From a virus (Duplodnaviria; Caudoviricetes): a stretch of 30,127 nucleotides of DNA. This document shows positions 15,532 through 24,340 of the stretch, piece after piece. Position 1 is the stretch's first letter. Every line of letters begins with the position of its first letter. Made by a program: the position numbers and the translations under genes. Under the pieces are notes generated by a model that saw only the letters and a list, made by a program, of their open reading frames with translations, did not search any database and had not been told where the DNA came from. The DNA is taken from positions 1 through 30,127 of IMG/VR virus record IMGVR_UViG_3300021408_000174; one strand, given 5' to 3'.

Positions 15532-16872
15532 ATGAAAGTGAGAATGCCTGTGCCTCAAACGAGTAATTCTGCGGAAAACAGGATTACAGTTGTTGCTCCG
15601 CTTAGAACAGAAACTGCTGCACTGTCCTCCGCCGCCGAGATACTCAAGATCCCACCGGTGGAACTCAGGCAGCCGGATTTGCAGTACGTGACGGCAATTT
15701 TTGTTTCGTCTGGGATGAACAAGAATGGGGCGGTATTTCTTGGTTCGGAGCTGTCTAAGGCCCGAGCATCTATCGCTCATAAAGCGGTCGATATTGAGCA
15801 TGATGAAAAGCAGGTGATTGGTCAGATAACCAATCATTGTTTCCTGGATCGTGCTGGGGCCTGCATGGATATCGATAAACTGGCCAAGAAGGTTGCGGCT
15901 GGTGAGCTGGATGCGATGGATATGGATATCGCGGTTTCCTGTATTATCCATAAGCACCGCTTTCCAGAGGTCGCTCAGGAAATCCTTGAGGGCAATTGGA
16001 TGGTTTCGATGGAGGCTTTTTATCGGGACTATGATGTCAAGGTTGGTGATTTGATTATCCCACGCACGCAGGCTACGGCACTTGGCTATGACAAGCTTAT
16101 TGGCACCGTGGTTAAACTCAAGGACGATGACAAAGAGCTTGGGTTCCACTTGGTTGGTCGGGTCCTGCGTGATATCGTATTCTCTGGTGTGGGTATTGTC
16201 AAGAAACCTGCCAACGAGCGGTCGATTATTCTAGAGGCGGCCGCTATTCAAGAAATTATTGAGCAAAACAAAGAAACCGCTGCGGTAGTTAATATTGCTG
16301 ACATTGAGACGATTGAGGCTAGCAACGGTACTGATATTGGTGAGGAGATTTTTCCGCGGTCCTTGCAGTCTAACGTGAAGATTGAGGAACTGGCGAAAAT
16401 AGTAAGGGAAGCTGTTAAGGACGAGATCACTAAAGCCGTTAACGTTAGCATCAATATTCCTGACATCAAGGTAGATACGGCTATCAAGGAAATCGCCGAG
16501 ATTCGATTTAATGACAAACGGCCAGGCACTTGCGTGAACTATGCGCGGTATATATTTAAGCCGCCGGCGGATACGCTCAAGGACCCGCCCACCGATCTCA
16601 GTCGGTATCCTCTGATTACAACGCCTGACGTGGATACCACTCCGTTGGGCTCTGAGATTGCCTACGAGCATTACTGCACGCTTTTTGACATGGAGTGTTC
16701 GGCTCGACCTGGTGATGCGACGCTTCCTACGTGCTGGAGAAATGTTTTTGCGAGAACTGTAAAAGAAGAGATTTCTAAATATGAAGATGTTGTTCGGAGC
16801 ATTAGAGAAAAAGATAGGGCTCTTGTGAGGTTGCAGGAACTTATCGATGAGGCGAGGAAGTTCGAGCAGTAA
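15532..16872 (+). CDS. Prohead maturation protease (HK97/herpes-type fold) with C-terminal extension
   Basis: NKNG-x-x-F, VDIEH...IG-x-I (His), W-x-VSME (Ser), F-S-G-x-GIV-x-x-PA; position after portal. Confidence 0.78.
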   Translation: MKVRMPVPQTSNSAENRITVVAPLRTETAALSSAAEILKIPPVELRQPDLQYVTAIFVSSGMNKNGAVFLGSELSKARASIAHKAVDIEHDEKQVIGQITNHCFLDRAGACMDIDKLAKKVAAGELDAMDMDIAVSCIIHKHRFPEVAQEILEGNWMVSMEAFYRDYDVKVGDLIIPRTQATALGYDKLIGTVVKLKDDDKELGFHLVGRVLRDIVFSGVGIVKKPANERSIILEAAAIQEIIEQNKETAAVVNIADIETIEASNGTDIGEEIFPRSLQSNVKIEELAKIVREAVKDEITKAVNVSINIPDIKVDTAIKEIAEIRFNDKRPGTCVNYARYIFKPPADTLKDPPTDLSRYPLITTPDVDTTPLGSEIAYEHYCTLFDMECSARPGDATLPTCWRNVFARTVKEEISKYEDVVRSIREKDRALVRLQELIDEARKFEQ

Positions 16873-16999
16873 GGGTAGTTTGAGGTTGGAAAAAGGTTAG
16901 GCGGATAGATACAGAAGAGGCGCTGGTAGTCTATCTAAAGTTTCACGGACAGGGTATCGGTTTAACAGGTTTGGATAAACAACTAACACGGAGGAAGTG

Positions 17000-17296
17000 A
17001 TGTCTACAAGAGACTCATATAAGGGCGTGCCAAAGAAAGTGGCTGTCCTCCTCGATGCCGAAGGAAACCTTGAAGCACTGGGCGTACTCGGAAAAGACAT
17101 TGCGTTTCTAGGCACCGCTACGATTAGTGGAGGTACGGCGGCTGTTATTTCCGGTACCAATATTAGATCGGCTAGTGGCGTCCTGGCTTTTCCTAGCTCA
17201 GGGAGCGTTGTACTTACAGGTTACGCGGCAGCGGATGGTAGTATGACCGTCTCTGGCACTGGTACAGGTAGTTTTTCATACCTTATCATTAGTTAA
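17000..17296 (+). CDS. Small Gly/Ser/Thr-rich beta-structured virion protein (putative head decoration/fibre)
   Basis: GGAGG RBS; GTATISGGT...FSYLII; located in the head module. Confidence 0.55.
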   Translation: MSTRDSYKGVPKKVAVLLDAEGNLEALGVLGKDIAFLGTATISGGTAAVISGTNIRSASGVLAFPSSGSVVLTGYAAADGSMTVSGTGTGSFSYLIIS

Positions 17297-17318
17297 GAGA
17301 CTATTTAAGGAGAATAGA

Positions 17319-17987
17319 ATGATTACCAAGGAAGACTTTCAGAAAGAAATCCGCGACGCGCTCAAGGAGGCAGTTGCTGGAGTTTCCGAAGAGTCCCGGG
17401 TTGACAAGGTCAGCGCCCTTCTAGAGAGAGCGGATTCTACGATTTCTGAGTTGATTGAAACTGTGGAGTTGAAGGATGAGGAGCTTTTGAAGTCTGAGGA
17501 AGTGATGGCAGCTCTGAAGAAGGAAGTTGAGGAGCTGACGACCAAGGCGAAGGAAGTTGAGGGGCGTTTTGGTGGTGAGCTAAAGGAAGCCCAGGAGAAG
17601 GCCGTCGCTGCTGAAGAGCGTGCTACCAAGGCCGAGACCGAGCTAACTGGTATTGCTCATGACCGTCGTCTTGAATTGCGTGTGGCCGAGCTTGCTGAGG
17701 TTAAGGTGTTGAAGTCTGGCGAGAAGCTGGAGGCTCAGAAGAACCGAATCCGTGAGATGTCGGATGAGGATTTTGCGGCCTACAAGGATGAACTTGCTGA
17801 TTTGCGTCAGGCTGTTGAGGCTGCACTGCAGGATAATGAGGGGGACGTTAATATTGCTCCTCCGGTTATCGACAAGGGAGCGGCAGCTGGTGTTTTGAAT
17901 GTTGAACAAACAAATAACGCAGACAAAAAGAGCCAAATGGCGGAGTTCGGCCAGGCGTTGGCAAAGCTGCTGCGTAACGAGAAATAA
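17319..17987 (+). CDS. Putative capsid scaffolding protein
   Basis: Glu/Lys/Ala-rich coiled coil, AAGGAG RBS, between protease and capsid genes. Confidence 0.7.
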   Translation: MITKEDFQKEIRDALKEAVAGVSEESRVDKVSALLERADSTISELIETVELKDEELLKSEEVMAALKKEVEELTTKAKEVEGRFGGELKEAQEKAVAAEERATKAETELTGIAHDRRLELRVAELAEVKVLKSGEKLEAQKNRIREMSDEDFAAYKDELADLRQAVEAALQDNEGDVNIAPPVIDKGAAAGVLNVEQTNNADKKSQMAEFGQALAKLLRNEK

Positions 17988-18002
17988 TTAGGAGGAAATG
18001 AG

Positions 18003-18509
18003 ATGACCTTTCAGGTAAGACATCCCCTTGTTGAGAACCAGTACAGTACCTTTAATCCGGATACTGCTGAGACTCTGCCGATTCCGGCCGGCCGTCTTGT
18101 CCGTGTTATTGGCGAGACGTCCGATGGCCGTACATTGGTGGACGTGGTGGCTGATGCCTCCGCTGCGGGGCAAACCCCCCTTGGTTGGCTGATGCAGCGG
18201 GTTAAGGCTGAGTCGGTTGAAATGCCCCCGCACTTCCGGTTTCGCGGCGACTTCGGTTCGAGCGACGCCTATGTGGGTGATCCGGTTGGTGTGGCTATGG
18301 GTGCTGGTGCGGTTTACGAGACTGACCAGTATGTTGATGAAGGCAGTAACGGAATCCCCGCAGGTACTTTGCTGTATTGCGATGATGACGGCAAGCTGTC
18401 TGATACGAATGCAGATAGTGCTCCAGCCCCGGCGGCGATGGCGCTGCATGCTTTGACGGCCGCTGGTACTGCTGCTGGTAAGATGCTGCGCATTAAGGCG
18501 CTTATCTAA
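18003..18509 (+). CDS. Capsid decoration/cement protein
   Basis: GGAGG RBS; G-x-YETDQY...G-x-x-LY-x-x-x-x-GKL; immediately upstream of the MCP. Confidence 0.7.
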   Translation: MTFQVRHPLVENQYSTFNPDTAETLPIPAGRLVRVIGETSDGRTLVDVVADASAAGQTPLGWLMQRVKAESVEMPPHFRFRGDFGSSDAYVGDPVGVAMGAGAVYETDQYVDEGSNGIPAGTLLYCDDDGKLSDTNADSAPAPAAMALHALTAAGTAAGKMLRIKALI

Positions 18510-18544
18510 TTACGCCCTGCGTATAAATAAGGAGATATACTACA

Positions 18545-19627
18545 ATGAGTGAGATGAATCTTCAAACTATGCAGGGCCTGTTCAAGGAGACAGCATCCTG
18601 CCATGAGACTGCTGAAGGAAGAGCGGCATTTCAGGAGTTTGCTATTAGCCTGAACGAGCCTATTCTTCAGCAAATCCGGCTGCGGTCAACCGTGCGCGAG
18701 CTCTTTTCCGAAGTGACGCTAGCGCCCGGAACCCAGGCCAGTTTCCCAGTTGCCGACGATTTCGAAGTGCCGGTCTGGGTGCTGCCCGGTCTAGGTTACG
18801 TGGCTCAGAACTTCATTGAGGGCATCGGGGAGGACGTGTATGTACCCACGTTCACCATCGATAGTGCTGCTCAGTGGAAGCTTTCTTATGCCCGTGATGG
18901 CCGTGTAGACATTGCTGCTCGCGCTGCCCGCAATATGGCGCGTGCGGTTGCTGAGTTCGAGGAGGAGTCGGGGTGGCGCGTTATCGTACCTGCCGGTACC
19001 TCGAATTTCGCTGGTATGGGTCTTCTGGGCCCGCGCTCGGCTGCTATCTTCGAGGTTGACCCAGGCTCGCCTGGTGCCGGCTATTTCTCGAAGGAGCTGG
19101 TCAACAAGATGATTGTTGGCATGGACCGCAATGACCGTACTCTGACCGACCTGTGGATTTCCCCGGAAGATGCGGCTGATATCCGTGAGTGGACTGATAC
19201 TGATGTTGACCCTGTTACCCGCCGTGAGATTTTTACCGCCGCTGGTATGGGTAGAATCTGGAATATCCAGCTTACGGTTCTTAAGCACCTCGGTGCTGTT
19301 GGTAAGTTCAACATCAACGGTTCGACCTCTGATTATGGTATTTTCAAGGCGTCCGGTGGTGGTACTTATCAGGATTACACCCTGACCAACCCGAATGTTG
19401 TTGACGGTGACGGCCAGGTGAGCACCCTTGGTGAGACCCAGGTCTGGGGCTTTGATCGCTCGACGAATGCTTCGCTCGTTATGCCTATCCGGCAGCGTTG
19501 GCAGACGTTTGAGGACCCCACCCTGCATCGTAAGCAGCAGCAGGGCATTTACGGGTGGGAGGAAATCGGCTTTGCCGCTCTCGACCCGCGCGAGCAGTCC
19601 ATGGGTGTAATTGACCGAAGCTTGTAA
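18545..19627 (+). CDS. Major capsid protein (HK97 fold)
   Basis: 360 aa, strong RBS, biased codons, E-loop 'VYVPTFTI', backbone helix 'DIAARAARNMARAVAEFEE', 'LWISPE', C-terminal 'GIYGWEEIGFAALD'; followed by a terminator. Confidence 0.9.
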   Translation: MSEMNLQTMQGLFKETASCHETAEGRAAFQEFAISLNEPILQQIRLRSTVRELFSEVTLAPGTQASFPVADDFEVPVWVLPGLGYVAQNFIEGIGEDVYVPTFTIDSAAQWKLSYARDGRVDIAARAARNMARAVAEFEEESGWRVIVPAGTSNFAGMGLLGPRSAAIFEVDPGSPGAGYFSKELVNKMIVGMDRNDRTLTDLWISPEDAADIREWTDTDVDPVTRREIFTAAGMGRIWNIQLTVLKHLGAVGKFNINGSTSDYGIFKASGGGTYQDYTLTNPNVVDGDGQVSTLGETQVWGFDRSTNASLVMPIRQRWQTFEDPTLHRKQQQGIYGWEEIGFAALDPREQSMGVIDRSL

Positions 19628-19651
19628 TATTACTATGTTTTATTGATATCT

Positions 19652-19687
19652 AAAAAGGGAGGAGGTTTGGACTCCTCCTCCCTTTTT
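19652..19687 (+). terminator. Intrinsic (potentially bidirectional) terminator after the MCP gene
   Basis: AAAAAGGGAGGAGG-tttggact-CCTCCTCCCTTTTT perfect 14-bp inverted repeat. Confidence 0.92.
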
Positions 19688-19729
19688 GTTTTACCGGTAA
19701 AAATACCTTGCAGTAGGGTGTATCTCCGG

Positions 19730-19758
19730 TTTACATTTTTGTCTGGGTGTATTATAAT
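19730..19758 (+). promoter_or_regulatory. Sigma70-type promoter
   Basis: TTTACA (19730-19735), 17-bp spacer, TATAAT (19753-19758). Confidence 0.8.
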
Positions 19759-19764
19759 AGTAGT

Positions 19765-21219
19765 ATGTACAAAGACAAAGAGTGTATCGTTTGTCATAAA
19801 ATGTTTTCTCCAAAATCTGGTATAAATAAGACATGCCCGGGGTTTTGTACGGATGAGTTACGGCGGTTTAGAGAGCGAGAGCGAGATAAGAAATCACGTT
19901 CTGAGGTAGAAAAACAATGCTCGCTTTGTGGTAAGTCATTCAATACACGGGACTCTAAAAAGAAATACTGTGGTTCTTCGATATGTGAGGAAAAAAGAGT
20001 TAAATTCAATGCTCGTGCGATTGAAGTTAAAAGAGCTGGTAAGCGTTCTGATTATACAAGTCCACGGTACTACGCGAACCGAGAAAGATTTCTAAAGGAA
20101 AAACGCGATAAGTACAGATTAGATAGGCCTGATGTAGAAGTTAAAGATGGTTGGTCGACGGTTAGACTTACACGTGATAAGGTAGAAGCGTTTTTTCGTG
20201 ATTTTGGTTATAAATTAATAAGTGAAAGCTATAAGAGCAACCATGATAAGTTAAGTGTTGTTTGTCCTAAGGGACACACCTGGAAGGTTGCTTTCCATAA
20301 CTTCAAAGAAGGCAATCAACGTTGTGCAGTGTGTCAGAGACATATAATATGTTCGGCTCCGGAGCGCGAGATATATGGTTATTTGAATGGGAATAATCCT
20401 GATTTGGAAGTAACTATCCATGAAAAGGATGTTATATCAGGAGAATTAGATTTGTATTTTCCAGACCAAAAAACTGCCGTTGAGTACTGCGGGTTGTATT
20501 GGCACGGAGAAAGGTCTGGTAAAGAAAGAGATTATCATTTCAACAAATATAGAGAGTGTTTTACTAAGGGTATTAGGCTATTTACAGTGTTTGAAGATGA
20601 GTATTTAGGAAGACCACTTGTTTGTCTATCTCGTATAGAATCAGCTCTTGGTCTAACAACTAGTAGAATCTTTGCGAGAAAATGTGTAGTAAATAAGATT
20701 GATAGTCGATACGCTGCAGAATTTTTTGAGCAGACACACACTCAGGGTAGGCCAACTGCGGCTCCTCATTCGTATGGTCTTTATTATAACGACGTATTGG
20801 TCCAAGCAATGTCGTTCGGCTCTCCAGTTCGTAGTTATGGTAAGTTCGATAAAGATATAATTGAGCTAAATAGACTTTCGTCTCTTCCTGGCGTAGTGGT
20901 AGTGGGTGGGCCTTCTCGTCTGTTTAGTGCAGCTAAACCGGATATGCTATCGTTGGGGTATAAAAGAGTTGTATCTTATGCTGATATGCGATGGGCAAAT
21001 CCATTCTCTTCTATATATGAAAAGTTGGGTTTTGATTTAGTGGCCGAAAAAAAATATGATTATTATTTTTGTAAGGGGCAGAAAAGGTATTCAGCCCAAC
21101 GACTTCATAAAACTGAAGATGAACGCTTGACGGGTGAAACTTTGTGGGAGCTTAGACAAGCCCAGGGGTTTGACCGTATCTGGGATTGTGGCCGTAGGAC
21201 TTACATATACGAGCTGTGA
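19765..21219 (+). CDS. Putative homing endonuclease: Zn-finger repeats + PD-(D/E)xK/Vsr-like nuclease + GNAT-like C-terminal domain
   Basis: Two CxxC...C-x-x-x-C fingers, CPKGH...CxxC, S-x-x-E, ELDLY...AVEYCGLYWH, GIRLFTVFEDE; then ARKC, F-x-x-x-x-H-x-QG, GLYY, EL-x-R, GG-x-SRL, SYADMRW, YEKLGF, IWDCG; AT-rich insert with its own promoter. Confidence 0.75.
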   Translation: MYKDKECIVCHKMFSPKSGINKTCPGFCTDELRRFRERERDKKSRSEVEKQCSLCGKSFNTRDSKKKYCGSSICEEKRVKFNARAIEVKRAGKRSDYTSPRYYANRERFLKEKRDKYRLDRPDVEVKDGWSTVRLTRDKVEAFFRDFGYKLISESYKSNHDKLSVVCPKGHTWKVAFHNFKEGNQRCAVCQRHIICSAPEREIYGYLNGNNPDLEVTIHEKDVISGELDLYFPDQKTAVEYCGLYWHGERSGKERDYHFNKYRECFTKGIRLFTVFEDEYLGRPLVCLSRIESALGLTTSRIFARKCVVNKIDSRYAAEFFEQTHTQGRPTAAPHSYGLYYNDVLVQAMSFGSPVRSYGKFDKDIIELNRLSSLPGVVVVGGPSRLFSAAKPDMLSLGYKRVVSYADMRWANPFSSIYEKLGFDLVAEKKYDYYFCKGQKRYSAQRLHKTEDERLTGETLWELRQAQGFDRIWDCGRRTYIYEL

Positions 21220-21227
21220 GGAAAATA

Positions 21228-21746
21228 ATGACTAAAGGGCATGTAGTAAACAACACCGGTAAGGCAAAACATATATTCAAGAAAACAGTTTACGCTGGCG
21301 GGCGATTGTCGTTGGATGATGCCTATGCGGCAGTCTCCAACCGAGTACCTGAAGGTGCCCCGTTTCTTGAGTGGCTGCAAACATATCTGCCACCCGGGTG
21401 GGAGTTGCAGGTCGCCGAGGATTACGAAGAGCCTTTTGAGCCGGCTAAGGTTAGGCCAGAGGACGTCAAGGCAGTTACGGTGACGACCCACGACACCCCT
21501 GAAAAGCATGCGTTGAGTGGCGAGGATGACGACGCACCCAGCCTTGAATATGCACCAGCTAGAACACTCGATAAACTAACTGCGCGGGATATTTTTAATT
21601 TACGCATGAAGGATAATCCTAAGCGTGTGATTAAGCAAATCGATAGTGTTCACAAGTTACGTCGAGCGTTGGCGATGTGTAAGAATGACGCTCGCAAGTC
21701 AATGTTGGCAACCATTATTCGTTATCGAATCAAGGAACTCGGATAA
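21228..21746 (+). CDS. Hypothetical head-module protein with C-terminal helical domain
   Basis: GAGGA RBS before ATG 21228 (track start 21216); type of gene that often follows the MCP. Confidence 0.65.
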   Translation: MTKGHVVNNTGKAKHIFKKTVYAGGRLSLDDAYAAVSNRVPEGAPFLEWLQTYLPPGWELQVAEDYEEPFEPAKVRPEDVKAVTVTTHDTPEKHALSGEDDDAPSLEYAPARTLDKLTARDIFNLRMKDNPKRVIKQIDSVHKLRRALAMCKNDARKSMLATIIRYRIKELG

Positions 21747-22090
21747 TGCTTACCTTTATTGTCTTCTTTTTAGTTTGTATAATAGCCGTTGAGGCAGCAG
21801 TAGAGCTGCTCGTTAAATCAGTGATTTTTGATGGATTTAGTACGTGGTTTGCCTCACTCGGCACCTTTGCAAAGGAGTTAATTTCCTGTGGGTATTGTAC
21901 TTCTGTATGGGTTGCTGTCCTACCTGCCTTGTTTCTGGCTTATTTTCAAGACTGGGCAAGTGGACTAATCGTTTTTCCGTTGTTTCTTTTAGCATTGCAC
22001 CGAAGCGCCAATTACCTTCATAATATTAACGATAAACATTTCGATAAGGATTATGATAAGCGCTATACAGATAGCTCTGGAGTTGAGTAA
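21746..22090 (+). CDS. Small membrane protein, DUF1360-like
   Basis: About three hydrophobic segments and LISCGYCTSVW motif. Confidence 0.6.
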   Translation: MLTFIVFFLVCIIAVEAAVELLVKSVIFDGFSTWFASLGTFAKELISCGYCTSVWVAVLPALFLAYFQDWASGLIVFPLFLLALHRSANYLHNINDKHFDKDYDKRYTDSSGVE

Positions 22091-22419
22091 TGACAGATTT
22101 TGATATTAAGTCCCACCTAGTACCGGCCAGTGATTTCCATGACCCGGTTAAAGTCAAGGAAGAGGACTACGACGCGCTGCAGGAAGTTCAAGTTCACGTA
22201 GACGCTTTGGGTCGTCACCGCCAGGAAATCGGCCGTCTTTTCCAGGCTTTATGTAATCTAAAGGACCAGACTAATGAGCTGGAGGTTACGCTGGCGAATA
22301 AACGAAGGGCGTTGGCGAATAAATACAATCTTGAGACCGTTGGAGAAGGGCAGTGGGCTATCGATTTCGAAAAGAAAGAGTTTGTCCGCCTTTCCGCCAA
22401 ATCACCCGTAATCCCATAA
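22090..22419 (+). CDS. Coiled-coil hypothetical protein
   Basis: 109-aa ORF, TAATG coupling. Confidence 0.65.
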   Translation: MTDFDIKSHLVPASDFHDPVKVKEEDYDALQEVQVHVDALGRHRQEIGRLFQALCNLKDQTNELEVTLANKRRALANKYNLETVGEGQWAIDFEKKEFVRLSAKSPVIP

Positions 22420-22431
22420 CAGGAGGCTAGC

Positions 22432-22872
22432 ATGGCTTCGGCCTGGTTCAATAGAGGTAAACAGCAAGTCCTTTCGGGTAGTACAAGCCTGCTAAGTGAC
22501 ACAATCAAAGTGATGCTGGTTACGTCGAGCTATACGTTTGACGCAGACCACAACTTTGTTTCTGAAGTGAGTGCCAACGAGGTAAGCGTCGTTGGTTATA
22601 CCGGTGGTTTCGCCGGTGCGGGGCGAAAGGCCCTGGCCAATAAATCAGTAACTGAGGACGACACTAACGACCTGGCCTATTTCGATGCAGACGATTTGAC
22701 ATGGACAGGCTTGGCGACCGGAGCGACAGTTGGCGGGGCCATCCTAGTCAAAGAAGTCACCAATGATGCCGCCAGCCAGCTGCTAGTGTTTATGGACTTG
22801 GCCGACACGCCGACCAACGGTGGGGACATAACCCTAGCTTGGAATGCAAGCGGAATCGTCCGACTTACTTAA
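22432..22872 (+). CDS. Virion structural protein (fibre/appendage-associated)
   Basis: AGGAGG RBS; DTIKVML...NEVS..GYT.G...FDADD.TW...NGGDITL.W, a pattern I recognise from phage structural proteins found next to fibre genes. Confidence 0.7.
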   Translation: MASAWFNRGKQQVLSGSTSLLSDTIKVMLVTSSYTFDADHNFVSEVSANEVSVVGYTGGFAGAGRKALANKSVTEDDTNDLAYFDADDLTWTGLATGATVGGAILVKEVTNDAASQLLVFMDLADTPTNGGDITLAWNASGIVRLT

Positions 22873-22892
22873 TCATTTTAATAGATTAGCGA

Positions 22893-24332
22893 ATGCCTCG
22901 TAAGTTTCCAAACTCTGCGGCAACGTGGGCGGCGGCCTATCCTACTATCCCTACCCCATCGGGTATCTGGACGTTCCAGGAGTCTGCATCTCCTATTTTG
23001 GATAAGGTTGGAACCGCTGATTTGGTGCAAAATCAGGGTCTGTTGTATGCTCAAACCGGTGATCCAGAGCCGTTTGGTGCTGCACGATTATCGTTGGAGT
23101 TTGATACGACTGCAGCGGCAGAGTGGACGGGGCCTGCCAGCAATAGTTATGGAACTATAAGCGGTACCAGTAGTTATACGATGTATATTCGGTTTCGAAT
23201 GCCGGATAATGTAAGCAGCGCTAGATGGCTTTGGGGTAAGGGACTTAGCACGGGGCCTAGATTTGGGGCGTTTTTGCAGCCCACCACTGGCACGATGCGT
23301 TTTATTGCTTCCTCCGATGGAATTACCACCTTCATCCCTACAACTACTATAGCTTTGGATGATGGAAACTATCATGATGTTTTATTTGTGGTGGATCGGA
23401 GCCCCGGGGTTGCGGCGGTGCGTATTTATACAGAAGCAGAAACAGCTAGCTTTCCTATTGGTGCATTAGGCGGGGTTTCAAACACTCAAACGCTCCATTT
23501 TGGTGGTTCCAACGCAGGGACAGCGCTTTCTGGCACCAGAATTAGTTATGCCGCACTGTGGCCGTCTATAGCCCTGACTGCAGCGGATTTGGTAAAGATT
23601 CGAACATCGGTAGAGCCGGTTGCTTTAGTTGGCTTGACGAGTTCAGCGCTTACAGCGCAGGTTAATCGGCGTGTGATTGCTAGTGTTGTTAGTGCTACTA
23701 CAACAGCGCTGAGTTCTTCAGTGTCCACTGGGGCGGTTGTGATTTCCGCGACCCCGGCAGATGCTGTAGCTGAGGCTCTTGATTTCTCTCTTGCTTACGT
23801 AGACGTGGTAGCCTCGGTGTTGGACCCCGAGTTGTTGGCAGTGGCGGCATTGAGTCCGGGGGCTGCAAATACTGTTTCTTCTACGTTCCAGCCCTCTATG
23901 TCTACTTCAGTTAGTGTGGCACCTAATCCAGCCGATGTGATTTCTGGTGTGGATGTGAGTTTGTCCTCTGAGATTGACCTAGTGTTAAGTGATGTTGCGG
24001 AGGCCGCGCTGGAGGCCGATGATCCTACGATTCGTTACGTGCTTTCGGTTGGTGTGGTCGGACTGGCTAGCGTTGGTTTAAGCCCTGTGGTTGTGAGTGC
24101 GATTACTCTACAGGCTGGAGTGGCTGGCGTGCCTGTGATTGTAGGGCTGCCGTTAGCTCCTACTATACGTCCTACGAATACGTTTCCAGGTGATTTGGTT
24201 ACCCTATTTACTGGGGCGTTTGACCCCGGAACTTTGTCAATAGTAATCTTGGCACCAAAACGGATTGTTATGACTGACGGTATTTTAGCGGAGAGGGAAA
24301 AGCCAGACATTTTTAGGGTAGGCCAAGTCTAG
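22893..24332 (+). CDS. LamG/concanavalin-A-like lectin domain protein with Ala/Val/Ser-rich stalk
   Basis: W-x-F-x-E, DDGNYHDVLFVVDR, RIY, L-x-FG, G-x-x-I...ALW...ALT; C-terminal half low-complexity beta-rich. Confidence 0.72.
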   Translation: MPRKFPNSAATWAAAYPTIPTPSGIWTFQESASPILDKVGTADLVQNQGLLYAQTGDPEPFGAARLSLEFDTTAAAEWTGPASNSYGTISGTSSYTMYIRFRMPDNVSSARWLWGKGLSTGPRFGAFLQPTTGTMRFIASSDGITTFIPTTTIALDDGNYHDVLFVVDRSPGVAAVRIYTEAETASFPIGALGGVSNTQTLHFGGSNAGTALSGTRISYAALWPSIALTAADLVKIRTSVEPVALVGLTSSALTAQVNRRVIASVVSATTTALSSSVSTGAVVISATPADAVAEALDFSLAYVDVVASVLDPELLAVAALSPGAANTVSSTFQPSMSTSVSVAPNPADVISGVDVSLSSEIDLVLSDVAEAALEADDPTIRYVLSVGVVGLASVGLSPVVVSAITLQAGVAGVPVIVGLPLAPTIRPTNTFPGDLVTLFTGAFDPGTLSIVILAPKRIVMTDGILAEREKPDIFRVGQV

Positions 24333-24340
24333 GAGAAACC

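Noticed and set aside
16897-16932. ops-like (GGCGGTAG) element for the NusG paralog
   Set aside because: Only partial matches (GGCGGATAG, CTGGTAG); no exact ops site seen, so no claim is made
18522-18529. TATAAATA (T4 late-promoter consensus) before the MCP gene
   Set aside because: Only one intergenic copy seen, it runs into the Shine-Dalgarno so the transcript would lose its RBS, and the phage is not T4-like
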